NCBI GenBank assembly: GCA_051294905.1
Contig: CM119385.1
Coordinates: 3,162,001 to 3,226,000, forward strand
Length of the DNA stretch: 64,000 bases
Source of the DNA: Botryllus schlosseri
Lineage: Eukaryota
Direction of reading: 5' to 3'
Below are positions 13,277 to 24,058 of the stretch, in pieces (position 1 is the stretch's first letter; each line of letters opens with the position of its first letter). Position numbers and translations under genes: made by a program. The notes under the pieces were generated by a model. The model worked only from the letters and a program-made list of their open reading frames with translations, was not told the origin of the DNA and did not search any database.

Positions 13277-15121
13277 TTAATTCCACCACAGAATCACTCC
13301 GTCCATTGATTCCGGTTGAATGCTCGCGAAGTATTCTTTCAGTGGCGCCAGAATAATCCTCACGACCGGAACAGACCACGATCTGCCGAGCAGAGCCAAA
13401 CGTTCGCGAGGCCCTAGATTGTTGACGTCGGTGTAATGTTCTGGTACCCCAAATATTTTTTCTACCTCAGTCGTCCACAAGATATCTTCCTTTCCATGAT
13501 GAACCACTGGGGCTTGCCTCGCCTGCCCTTGGTACAGACATGTAAATTTTGTTGTGATCGTATTCAACTTTTCGACTGTGGCTTTACGGCCTGGCTCTAA
13601 ACAGTTTTGTACCTTGAGACGATCGTTGGCGCCAGGTGCGATTTTACGGTTTCGCAGTCCAGGGATATTTCCCCAGAACAATCGCGGTCTAGCGGCAGCG
13701 CTAACGTATCGTGCATCTGCCATTCGGGGTTCGCATTGTAAAAATCGAGATATTCTCTGCTTCTCGATTCCTTTCATAGAAACCACGTTTTCGAACAGCC
13801 AAAAGAACGGACGCTCTCTGTACTTTCCATTGGCACCGCGTGGTGGCTCTATGGTCTTTAGTACCCGATAAAAGTCGAAGAACAAACACCCACTGCCCTC
13901 CGCGTCTATAAGCCCCTTTCTTCTAGGATTGGCCCCCGATAGGTCGTTGCAAGGACTGCCGCCCAACAGCAAATCAAATGGTCCCAGTTTGTAGATATAT
14001 TCATCGGAAAGTTTAGTTATGTCTCCAATGTGAACTACCTCTGGGTGCCTATTTTGCACCAAACGGATTGCATCTTCGTCGATCTCGGAGGCGAAGAACG
14101 ATCCAATCCCGAGGCCGAGCTGCTTGAGTGCCACCATTCCTGTGGCTATGCCGTCAAATAGAGATAAAACTCGGAGAGGTTTCCTGGAGCTGATTGGAGT
14201 TGGTTTCGGCACGTAAAATCCGGGATATTGCGAATCGTCAATGTTTTGAAACAAGGTCTGAATTTCCTCTTGCCATTCCTCACGTCTTTTAAGCAGAGAA
14301 TTATGTGTAGGCTGACAAAAGAAGCATATCCACCGCTTAGACGACACCGCCACTTGGAAATAATTCTTCTCGGTGGCACTATCAACACACATTTGGCAAT
14401 AGCACCTTCCGCAATCTGGGACATCGCAAAGCAACACCTTTCTTCCTTTACAACATACTGAGCAACAGGAATGGCATCCGTCGGAATTATATTTGAAGAA
14501 GTTCTCGTAGAACAATATTTTGTGCTCCGCACACAGCCCGCCCATGAACAGGGGATGCTTAGCAACGATATTGGTGTCCCCACAAGATAAACAGATACTT
14601 TGTAAATCAATCTGGCCCTCTTTCACTTTGGCGAAGGCTAATGCTTTAGAACCCTTCACCGAGTTTCCATTTTTAGGTCTGATGCACTTTATCGACGAGG
14701 CCGAGCTGCTGATTTCAACATCACCTGAACATAAACTGACAAATTCTTGCTGTCTGCCAACATACTCTTCGAGTGGGAACGGATCACTTGAGAGGCTGCT
14801 CTCGCCGAGAGATAAAACGGAATTGGACAGTTCGCTATTCCGAGTCCTGGGGAGATTGTTCTCAGCGAAGCTTGCTGGCCAGCGGAAATTGTCGTTGACT
14901 GCGTGGCGGTTACTCCACACTCGTTTCAACCTCTGCAAATATCGCGGGTTGAATACCGCAAGCCTAAATTCGTCTTCCAGATTAACGATATCGCAAATCA
15001 TAGACAGAATCGCTTCGAAGCTACTCTCGTTCGGCCGTCTTCCGCGTAGGATCTTATCAATAGCTTCTATAAGGCTATCCTCAAGATCGTATGGAATGTT
15101 GTCTTTCGCTATTGAGCCCAT
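13277..15121 (-). CDS. DNMT3: DNMT3-family DNA (cytosine-5) methyltransferase, single exon, ADD + catalytic domain, no PWWP (614 aa from first ATG)
   Basis: Uninterrupted ORF. ADD finger CLSC...HPLFMGGLCAEH...CSVCC...C...CGRCYCQMC...WICFFC (14315-14593). MTase motifs: I VLSLFDGIATG, II ASEID, IV GGSPCNDLS, VI LFENV, VIII RPRLFWGN, IX WTTEVEKIFG.PEHYTD, X LLGRSWSVPVV...APLKEYF. The ORF-track start at 15154 is a TTG; the first ATG is at 15121, with an in-frame TAA upstream. Confidence 0.97.
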   Translation of the reverse strand: MGSIAKDNIPYDLEDSLIEAIDKILRGRRPNESSFEAILSMICDIVNLEDEFRLAVFNPRYLQRLKRVWSNRHAVNDNFRWPASFAENNLPRTRNSELSNSVLSLGESSLSSDPFPLEEYVGRQQEFVSLCSGDVEISSSASSIKCIRPKNGNSVKGSKALAFAKVKEGQIDLQSICLSCGDTNIVAKHPLFMGGLCAEHKILFYENFFKYNSDGCHSCCSVCCKGRKVLLCDVPDCGRCYCQMCVDSATEKNYFQVAVSSKRWICFFCQPTHNSLLKRREEWQEEIQTLFQNIDDSQYPGFYVPKPTPISSRKPLRVLSLFDGIATGMVALKQLGLGIGSFFASEIDEDAIRLVQNRHPEVVHIGDITKLSDEYIYKLGPFDLLLGGSPCNDLSGANPRRKGLIDAEGSGCLFFDFYRVLKTIEPPRGANGKYRERPFFWLFENVVSMKGIEKQRISRFLQCEPRMADARYVSAAARPRLFWGNIPGLRNRKIAPGANDRLKVQNCLEPGRKATVEKLNTITTKFTCLYQGQARQAPVVHHGKEDILWTTEVEKIFGVPEHYTDVNNLGPRERLALLGRSWSVPVVRIILAPLKEYFASIQPESMDGVILWWN

Positions 15122-17153
15122 CTTTTCTACGAAGTTCCCTCGAGTAGGCGTCAATTAATTACTGCTGTAAGACGCTACTAACAAAAGCGGACGGTATTAA
15201 CCATGCGTCTAACATTGAGAACTGTCACATCCAAACTGATTTGGAGAGTCGTCTCAAATGACCTATAATCCCTATCGCAGTTGTTTAGTGTAAGTGATTA
15301 GCATCAGGGTGGGTTAATCCCGATGAAATACATGAGAAGAAGGGCATATTGCACTGCAATCAACCACACGTTAAATATACGATTATTTTGAAAGTGCGGC
15401 GGCCAACATGCCGTGTTAAAAACTAAGTTTCCTGAACACCTTGTAAAGTTGGAACCACATCCCGTGGAACATGGCGAAACTACAGGTTAAATCAATATTA
15501 ATATTCCACGCAACAATAGTACTCATTTCCGGAGTTATTAATGCTGTGTTTATGTAGATTATATTGACTGCACTTTCAATACGACAGAAATCCACAATAT
15601 GATTTCGATATTGTCAACATAACATTTAAGGAATCGACAGTAATTACGAAGTGAGTATGTGTTCAACTCATTCACTGACAACCGCAGGGAAAATCCTGCC
15701 AAATTACTGAATGCCATTTTAATCCTAATTCAAATCAAAGCACTTCTTTGCATACCACATATCATTCGCCCACTGTTATACCAACGTATGGTGGAGAAGT
15801 TAGAACGGCAAAATCGAAATTCACAATTCATCGGGGTTTCGTTCTAGTACATTGTGTCGGAAAATATTGATACTAGGATTCAATGCATATATCCTAAATC
15901 TGATCATAAGTAAGAATGGATAACACTGTACAAATATGCATATTATTAGTAGCCTATATTCAAGTTCTGCACCTCCAAGAAGCTCTGCAAATATTATTTG
16001 ATCTGATTTGATTATAAGTATATGTTTAATTGTTCATACTTAAAGGACAAGCGGGTTTAGGACATGCGACATCTTGATGTACACAACAGCATGTTATCGT
16101 CTATCTGCAGTATTACTTCCCAATGATGCAAGGAAAAAGGAAATGGTGTGTAGACGACCCGGAGCATGAATGCGGGAAAAAGCCATATCTCCAATGTAAT
16201 TATTAATCCTCGAAACAGAGAGAATAAGCATCTGTTTATTGCTGTCATCCATAGTACCGTTATCTCGCATTGAATTGTACAAGGCACGCATAGTAAGTTA
16301 TAGGTGACAATTCACAAGTAATATTGTTATATCGCTGAATCTCTAGGAATGCGAGTACGTGATCGAAAAATGATCCTTCATATTTCTACTCGGGTGACGC
16401 GTTCACGCTACATATGAAAATATGGCATTCGATGTCATTCCGGTAATTCAGAATTTCTCATATTTCTCATTTTTAATACCTATAAAATGATCTCAGGACA
16501 TACAGGATTGCTTGACTAAGCGTTATGATGCGCGGTCACGGTCATAGCATCGAGTAGCTAAAATGTGCAGAGGTGGAATAACTGCGATTTGAAGGCACGT
16601 TGGAGGTAAACAGAATATATCCTCGAAGGTAATGCAATAGAGATCGAGGCCTTCCATACATATGCATAATTGAAATGACTACAAATCGATGCGAATTGTT
16701 TGGTGAATATAATTCCGGTTTTGAGCTGGATGTCGCTCAATTGTTTGAGCGACCAAAGGCGCCCATTTAACTAGCGTTCACAAGCGCAATATCCGTCGGA
16801 TAATGTTACGAGATTATAATCGATATCGACAAACATGTTAGGAAAGCATTGCCTCAATCCTACGGAAGTTACTTTAGAAAGTAAATTTATATTGGCCGTT
16901 TGTCGTTGCGAGGTTACATGCACAGCGCATACCACTCCAGCGACAATGGAACGTGGATTCGATGAGAGACAGTAATTCCTTTTGGGACGCGCACTTTAGG
17001 GAAAACCTCGACATATCATTTGCCTCCTTAACACAGGGCAACAACAAGATGAAACTCCCGACCCCTGCAAGGTTTACGATCTCGCGACTGTGCTTGCTGG
17101 CTCATGTCTGCCAATGTATAGGCTTACGAGCAGTCACACAACTCACTCCTTGG

Positions 17154-17661
17154 TAGGGCTGGGCAAAATGGAGTACCTGAGTGAATCGATTCTGAATCAC
17201 GTATTGTGCTTCGAGTCGAGTATTCGAGTATCCATTAATATGACGCCACAACAGAACGTAATATATGAAAGTTCAACTATGTACCTTTTATGCCACCACA
17301 ACAATGTGCCTATTAGCTGTCACATTAAAGATGCAGTGGTATTTTTTCGACCATACCGATTTCATTGCACTTCTTGACATTGTTGTGGGATGATCATGAC
17401 TTTGGAAATGTGCTGTTTCCAGTAACGTTCGTATAGCTTTGTACTATGTCTCGTATGCTGCGACACGGCCAATCAAGGTTTCAGGGCTTCCTCATTGGAA
17501 AATAGTATCAAAACTATAATTCTCTCTAGTAAATTAACTTTCAGTTTCGAGAAGCGTATAATTTCAGTACTCGAAAATATCTTCTTTTACTACTCGACTC
17601 GAATCGTTAAAATTAATACTCGATTCAGATTCGAGTACTCGAATCAATGTGCCCAGCCCTA
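17154..17661 (+). mobile_element. hAT MITE (TAGGGCTGG TIR family), copy 2
   Basis: TIRs TAGGGCTGGGCAAAAT / AATGTGCCCAGCCCTA; perfect TSD CTCCTTGG. Confidence 0.92.
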
Positions 17662-20600
17662 CTCCTTGGTAATGCGAATACGACACGCTATTCGGCCGTT
17701 GTTGGATCGGTGTTGCAGCGGTGGAAAGTACCACTACGTTATGCGCTACCATGTTTTTCGCTGGTAATGTATACAGACATTTTATTGCTTCGTCAAACAA
17801 AAATGTCCAATGTCCATTTATACACTTCCATTTGTTGAACTTTGTCATTTAATTTTTATGTAGGACTACGTAGATCATTAGTGGTATTCAGAATAGACGT
17901 AGGAATTTAATTAAAAGCAATAACTTTGTGTGGTGGTATTTGCCACAAGGTTATATAAAGCAGTGCTTCCCAATCTTTGTCAGTTTGCGATCTTCTTTTC
18001 ATCCCAATTTCATTATGCGACCCACCAGACGCCCTCTCGCGACTAACATTTAGATGACTGCTCTTGGGCGCCAGTTTTATGCAGTTAGTGTGTTACAGCT
18101 GTATGGTTACGCATAGGGGGAATATTTTACCGAATTCATGATGGCAATAAATCTATGATATTGGCACTTGTATATACTATTACGAATTTTAGGAGACAGC
18201 AATATTTGAAGACAGCCGTTTAGGCGCCTATTGTCAATGGACCATTCCGCATATATATACCGAAGGTATCGATTCTTTTCGGAAGAGGTTTTCTCACTGT
18301 CGATTGTTTTGGCAGCACTTTTCGCTCGGTCACATGTTGGCCGAAACTTCATAAATCTTGGTATGTGGTGGCGAGGTAATGGCCCACCCTGGAACGCCTA
18401 TTTCTATAAATTATGCCTATTATTTTATTAGGGATATTGGTACCCATATTGTAACCAAAACATCTGACGATGTGAAATCGCGCCCGGCACGAAGAAAATT
18501 TGATAGACGTTCAATAATTCTCCAACCAAATACTCCACATCATTTACGTTTATTCATGAGATAATTGGGGCCCGTTGTCGAGCTCGATGCACCCATTGGG
18601 GGGTTGAGGTGCGGCAGTTATGGTCCTGCATGTAACAGATGATTACAGATGTGAAGGGCTAATCAAGGCTCCTCGTCATCCGATCTGCTTAAGCGGTATT
18701 CCAAAAAAGACTGGAAGTGGTCCGTGCTCCGAGTCGTCAGAGGTGGCATCACAATAAAGAATATCGACCTAATGTAAATGACCATTGTAGCAGAAAAACA
18801 CCATGAATACCACAAACAAACAACAGATGAGAAAGCGCGCATCCACTCAGCCATTCGTCTATTACAGCGGTAGACAAACCCCGGCACCCGTGCCATTTGT
18901 TGCCCATGAGGTGATTTTTAATGGCACGCCAAATGATTTGACACAAGCGACATATTGAGACCATGTTTTTGCAAAAAGTGAAACAAAAGTTCTCAAAATG
19001 TAAAACTAGTAGGCGATCCAAATTTTTTTCGTAAATCAACATAAAATAGAGTCTTTTAGGGCAGATGTTACTATCTTGAAATTTTTTCCCGCGCTTGGCG
19101 CGATTTCTTGGAACCTGATGTCTTGATTATAATGGGGAAACCAACCCTCAACAAATAAATATATATCAATATAGAAAATGTTTTTAGAAAATATTTTTTT
19201 AAACTATGCATAATGTACAGAAATGAGTCAACCGTATTAGCAGTTATGAAAGAACGTCAACCGAATATCGTATGAAACCGTTTGTATGCTTTAGTCTAGG
19301 AGCGTTCGCTGTGCAGCCTACCGGAGCGAAACTTGACCAGCGCGAAACAATTTAACGCCCACAGCTTGAGCCGCACGTATCAAATGAGACCCACCAAAGA
19401 AAATAATAATGAGCCTCGTGTCAAAATGCGTATTTGGAATCGTGTTCGTCTCTCGGAAGAAGATATTCTTTTGGTTTCGTCTGGCGTGCAAGCAATTGCA
19501 TTATATCTGGAGCAACGACAATCTTTACAGCTTTACCGTGACCTTTGCAGATAAATCTAGTGTCAGATCGGTCTCAATGTGACACCAAACCGACTTGAAT
19601 GATACAGGGGTGGGCACATTTTTCATCATCATCAGACCATATCATCGCAACAACACTGATTGGTCTGTCACTTATTGGATATGGTACCGAACACAGTGGA
19701 CTGGGAAACGACCAAATCAACCACATAAGATCGATCATTGCCCAATGCGTGCGCGACGGAAAATAAATTATGTAAATATCACGAACATATCAACGATTGA
19801 TCGGGTGCGGTAGCGACCAAAATTTATTCCCTTCGCGACTTATCAAGAATCACTGACGTGACGGATGCCGTTGCCAGCTGCAGAAAAACGGTTGTTGGCA
19901 TTACTTGCTTGGTACGTTAAATATTAATGAATTGAATGTCTGGAATTCAAGCTGGTAAAAAATTGACATTTTGGACCGCTGCACACAAAAGGTTGCCAGC
20001 CCCTGGTCCATTACGTCGAACAGAAAGGTGTTGTGAGTAGCTTGCGTTGAGGCAATTGTTTGCTGATTATAGCGACAAATCGTACTGACCTGCTGCATTT
20101 CCCGATCAACGCTCGCAAAGCCTTTGGAGGAAATCATGAATTTCAATCTCACGCATATGCAACAACGCACTGTCGAATTTCACGCTTTAATCAACATGAC
20201 TGTTGTTATGTTCTTGATCTTGTTTCAACAATAACTCAATGCGACGAGGTTGCAATAAGAAATCAGTATATTATCAGCAGTATAACTTTACTACAGGCGA
20301 CACGATCCAGAGTGCAGTTAAATGGAAGACCACGAGACAACAGAACACAGGGTATAAATACAAGCACGACACACGAGGAAATAATTATTGGCTGTAATTA
20401 CTAATCCTATAGAAAGAAAGAGCTGTACGACACTGAAACGTAAATGCACGAACATGACAACTGTGACGCAAATCTTGCTCACGAATCATTGTGAGCAGGG
20501 CAACGTGGCTTGTGGCGCTTATGGGCGCAAAATATTTTATTTTGGAGGAAGAGAATGTGTATTCGGAAATGGAATATTCGAAAAGTTGAAGACGAAAGTG

Positions 20601-22262
20601 TGACATTTGGAACGTCTTCGCCACCCATCTGAAATTGCTCCGGTTGGGAAGCACCGATAAAAAAGCGTCCGTCGACCATTTTCGACTGCGCCGATCAGGT
20701 GTTTTTAAATCAACTCGAACTCCCCACTAGTCTCTTTTTGATTGTTTATACATTTTGTTCGGCATTAAACTGCATATCCGAACGATGAGTAAGGAATCGC
20801 GAAATAACGATTGGTGCGCGTTTCAAGTACCGTCGTATTAAAATATGAAATTCAGCCATAATGAATATTTCTCGCAATTGAACAATGAACGTACGCATGC
20901 GGTATGCCTATTGCTATTGGTTACAATGCACTGAATACAGATATTTACTAGTTTTTGAGGGAGCCGCGGGCCGCAGCCGGCATTCTGGGTATTTCCAACT
21001 AGGTCTTATTTTACGGGACCGTGCTGACTGGAATTGCACACACATCGTGAGAATGATATTCACTATTGTGAATTCACGCCTGACACGAAAATAAATCACA
21101 TATTTGAATATCTGAATGAAATCGTTGTTGTACTTACTGGCATAGTTCGTCAAAATAATTAGTCATATACACCATGCGAGAGTGTAAATTCATCATGACA
21201 TCGCAAAAGCTGTCGCGTTATAATTTTGCAGCTTATAGCGGACATTTGACGTGCCATCATTATAGGCAAAATATTTTAGAATTTGACTAAGACTGATCTG
21301 ATGTCACAGCGTTGGAGCAGTAGGCTACAGCCCAATCTGGGTTTCGGGCAGCATATGCCTACTCCTGATAACTAGGCTATTGTTCATGTCATAACCAAAG
21401 TCAAATTAATTCAGATTTAGATTTTCCTTCGAATATTAGAACAGATCAATAACAGCTAAAATAGAATGATAATTGTGTCATAGTAATAGACGAATCTTAC
21501 CCTGAACACGTCATCAACCTAATCAACCAGGTCAAAGGTCATAAATTCTGCGATTGGCAAGCATCTGTTGGATAATCTCGTTTGCGCGGAAAAGTATCGT
21601 TCACACTTTCATTTGTGTGCCTTGGAGTCGACTTTTATCAAAATACACCAGCCAAGGCTGAGTCAACAAAAGTAGTTCGTGTACCATCTAAAAATATAGT
21701 ACATTGAACGCTCTCTTATTCGAAATTTCATGCTGCGGTGACGTCATATTTTGTGATACGATCGTTGATAAACAATGTTCATTCCAATTCTCTACTAGTT
21801 GCTGACGAATACGAGTATATACGAGTAATACGAGTATACGAGTGTCAGCCGGGAATACTCGGGTTCATTTCAAAGTGAAAAGACTATTCAATGATAGAAA
21901 TGTCGAATCGCCGAAGAATGCATTGGTGGTCCAGCTGATGTGGAACGAATACCACTACTTTACTCGCCACCTTTAATTGGCGATAATAACATGGATAAAG
22001 AGATCCAAGACGACGCAAGATGTAACTAACGAAACATTAAGGAACAACAGAATGCCAATGATTGCCATCCCGACCTGCTTAGATATCTAAATACGGTACG
22101 CAGCGCAGCTACGACATTTTGATGTATTATACCAGCCCCCATAACAGTTTGATATTTTGTTGCGTCCACGGTTGTACCAAGTCACGGCGTTCCGCGTCGC
22201 AAGTCCTTCTCTGATTGTAATATTTGAACCGACATAAATCGAGTCATTTTTATGGTATCACC

Positions 22263-23969
22263 TAGGGATGGTGTGAACGTGAGGTTCACGTTCGCGTTCT
22301 GTGTGGGAACCTCGGAAATTTAGAGGTTCGCGTTCACAACAGAACCTTGATAGGTTCTGCACTGTGAACCTTTTTCATATATTACAATTTTCACTTCATT
22401 ATAACATATTGGGTTGAAAATTATTGCATTTCAACTGCGGGCCACTCTATGCATGGCGCTGGCAGCATTAAAAATCAACACTAAACGAGCATGCGCCTTG
22501 ACAATCTCAAAAGTTTTACTTGCTTTGTTACAAAAGTTTGCTCGAAATATCCATCTTTCCGTTTATGAATATTTAGTGACTCTCTGCTGTGAGTTTGACC
22601 CGCAATCACACAACATCACGAGCGAAATACATAGTCAGCGAATGATGCTTATTCAACCAATCGATGAGATTGATATCGTTTTCTGATGCAAAAAAATCAA
22701 GCAGGCGTACGGGGTCAATCTTGACTTCATATCTTTACTGCATTATTAAAACAAAATCCTTGCGATTGAGGTGTTGTTAATGGGGTAATATCGGTAGCAA
22801 GTATAGAAACCCGTTTTACATTCAGCTTAATATCAAGTAGCGATACTCAGACGCCGAATACATTGTCCGGTCTGGCCTAGAACGTTAAGGCGTAAGCTTA
22901 TGTTCCCTGGTAAGTCCTCATCGAAATTGTTGGCAAAGCGATGGAAGATATTGATTTTATAGGAGTAGCCTATCATATCCTTTGATTGCCTCAGTTGATA
23001 CATTTAGCGACGTTTAAAACGCCAACATTTACTTCGGCATTGTGGAATGATGTGGCTCGAGTCGTCGCTAGGTATCGTGCACATTAATATAGGCCAGGGC
23101 TGGCCAACCTTTTCGACCAAAGGGCCACATTCGATTGACGAACTTTTGCGCGGGCCACTATCCGCGCGAAGCGCGAAAATTTTTTGAAGTTCATAGGTCA
23201 ATAATATTGTCATCTGACTATATTGCGGGCCTGCTGTATATCGCTGGGCTATGTTTGCGAGGACTTGGCTATTCGGCGCATGGACATATCGATATCGAAA
23301 GCTGCGACCAACATGCGTAAATCATTTCGTGCCTATAGGTTTCATAGTCGACGGTCTTACTGCGAGCGCAAACGCAAGGTCGCATATGTTGAACGACACT
23401 TTGTCTCGTAATCGCGAATATAGCTAGACTCAATCTGATACATTAGGTGCTCTTACATTTTCACAAAAGGGCAGCAATATTAAAAACAAGAAATCGAGTG
23501 ACAACATTTTGCGCTAAGCTTGTAGAAAATTTTTACCTTTGATAAATCAATCGCAAATTATTCTGCTTTATTGTAGTGTACGAAGATATACCAATATGTG
23601 AATGGCTGATGGATCTGTCAATGCGTCGGAACTGATATTTTAGTCATCACATCTCAAGTGTTGCGGCCAGACTAATCAAAATTTTCGCAATCAAAGTTCG
23701 CAATCTGTGCAATCCATTTTTGATGATATTAGAAATTTCGGAAATTATCTCGCGGGCCACTCAAAACCTTCTCGCGGGCCACATGTGGCCCGCGGGCCAC
23801 GGGTTGGCCGGCCCTGATATAGGCTATCACTTCATTGAAAGATAGGGTTGGAATTAGCAATATGACGTCACGTGACGTCATGAGGTTCACGTTCTTGTTC
23901 ACACAGAACCTTGCAAAAAGGTTCGCGTTCACACGAACCTGAATATTTCAGAGGTTCACACCATCCCTA
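22263..23969 (+). mobile_element. hAT MITE (TAGGGATGGTGTGAAC TIR) carrying a nested MITE
   Basis: TIRs TAGGGATGGTGTGAAC / GTTCACACCATCCCTA; TSD GTATCACC/GTATCACG (7/8); subterminal GGTTC(A/G)CG repeats. Confidence 0.88.
23095..23816. mobile_element. Nested Buster-type hAT MITE
   Basis: TIRs CAGGGCTGGCCAACC / GGTTGGCCGGCCCTG (14/15 match); perfect TSD ATATAGGC; GCGGGCC subterminal motifs. Confidence 0.92.
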
Positions 23970-24058
23970 GTATCACGCATTCATTCCGAGTTCGAGCAAT
24001 TCTATAAAAAAGTTGCGCCCAAGTCCAAATCACAATTTCAGTCACGAATTACCAAAGG

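Noticed and set aside
13554-15158. Plus-strand ORFs of 105, 154 and 212 aa overlapping DNMT3
   Set aside because: Antisense shadows of a real coding sequence; no recognisable motifs.
8470-17661. Same-family MITEs on both sides of DNMT3 as a composite transposon carrying the gene
   Set aside because: Each copy has its own perfect TSD (GTTCTGAG; CTCCTTGG) and the outer flanks do not match, so they are independent insertions. I found no TIR, LTR or Helitron ends enclosing DNMT3.
19605-20005. CAGGGG...CCCCTG bounded MITE
   Set aside because: TIR-like ends are present but imperfect and without a TSD; probably an old hAT fragment, not listed as a feature.
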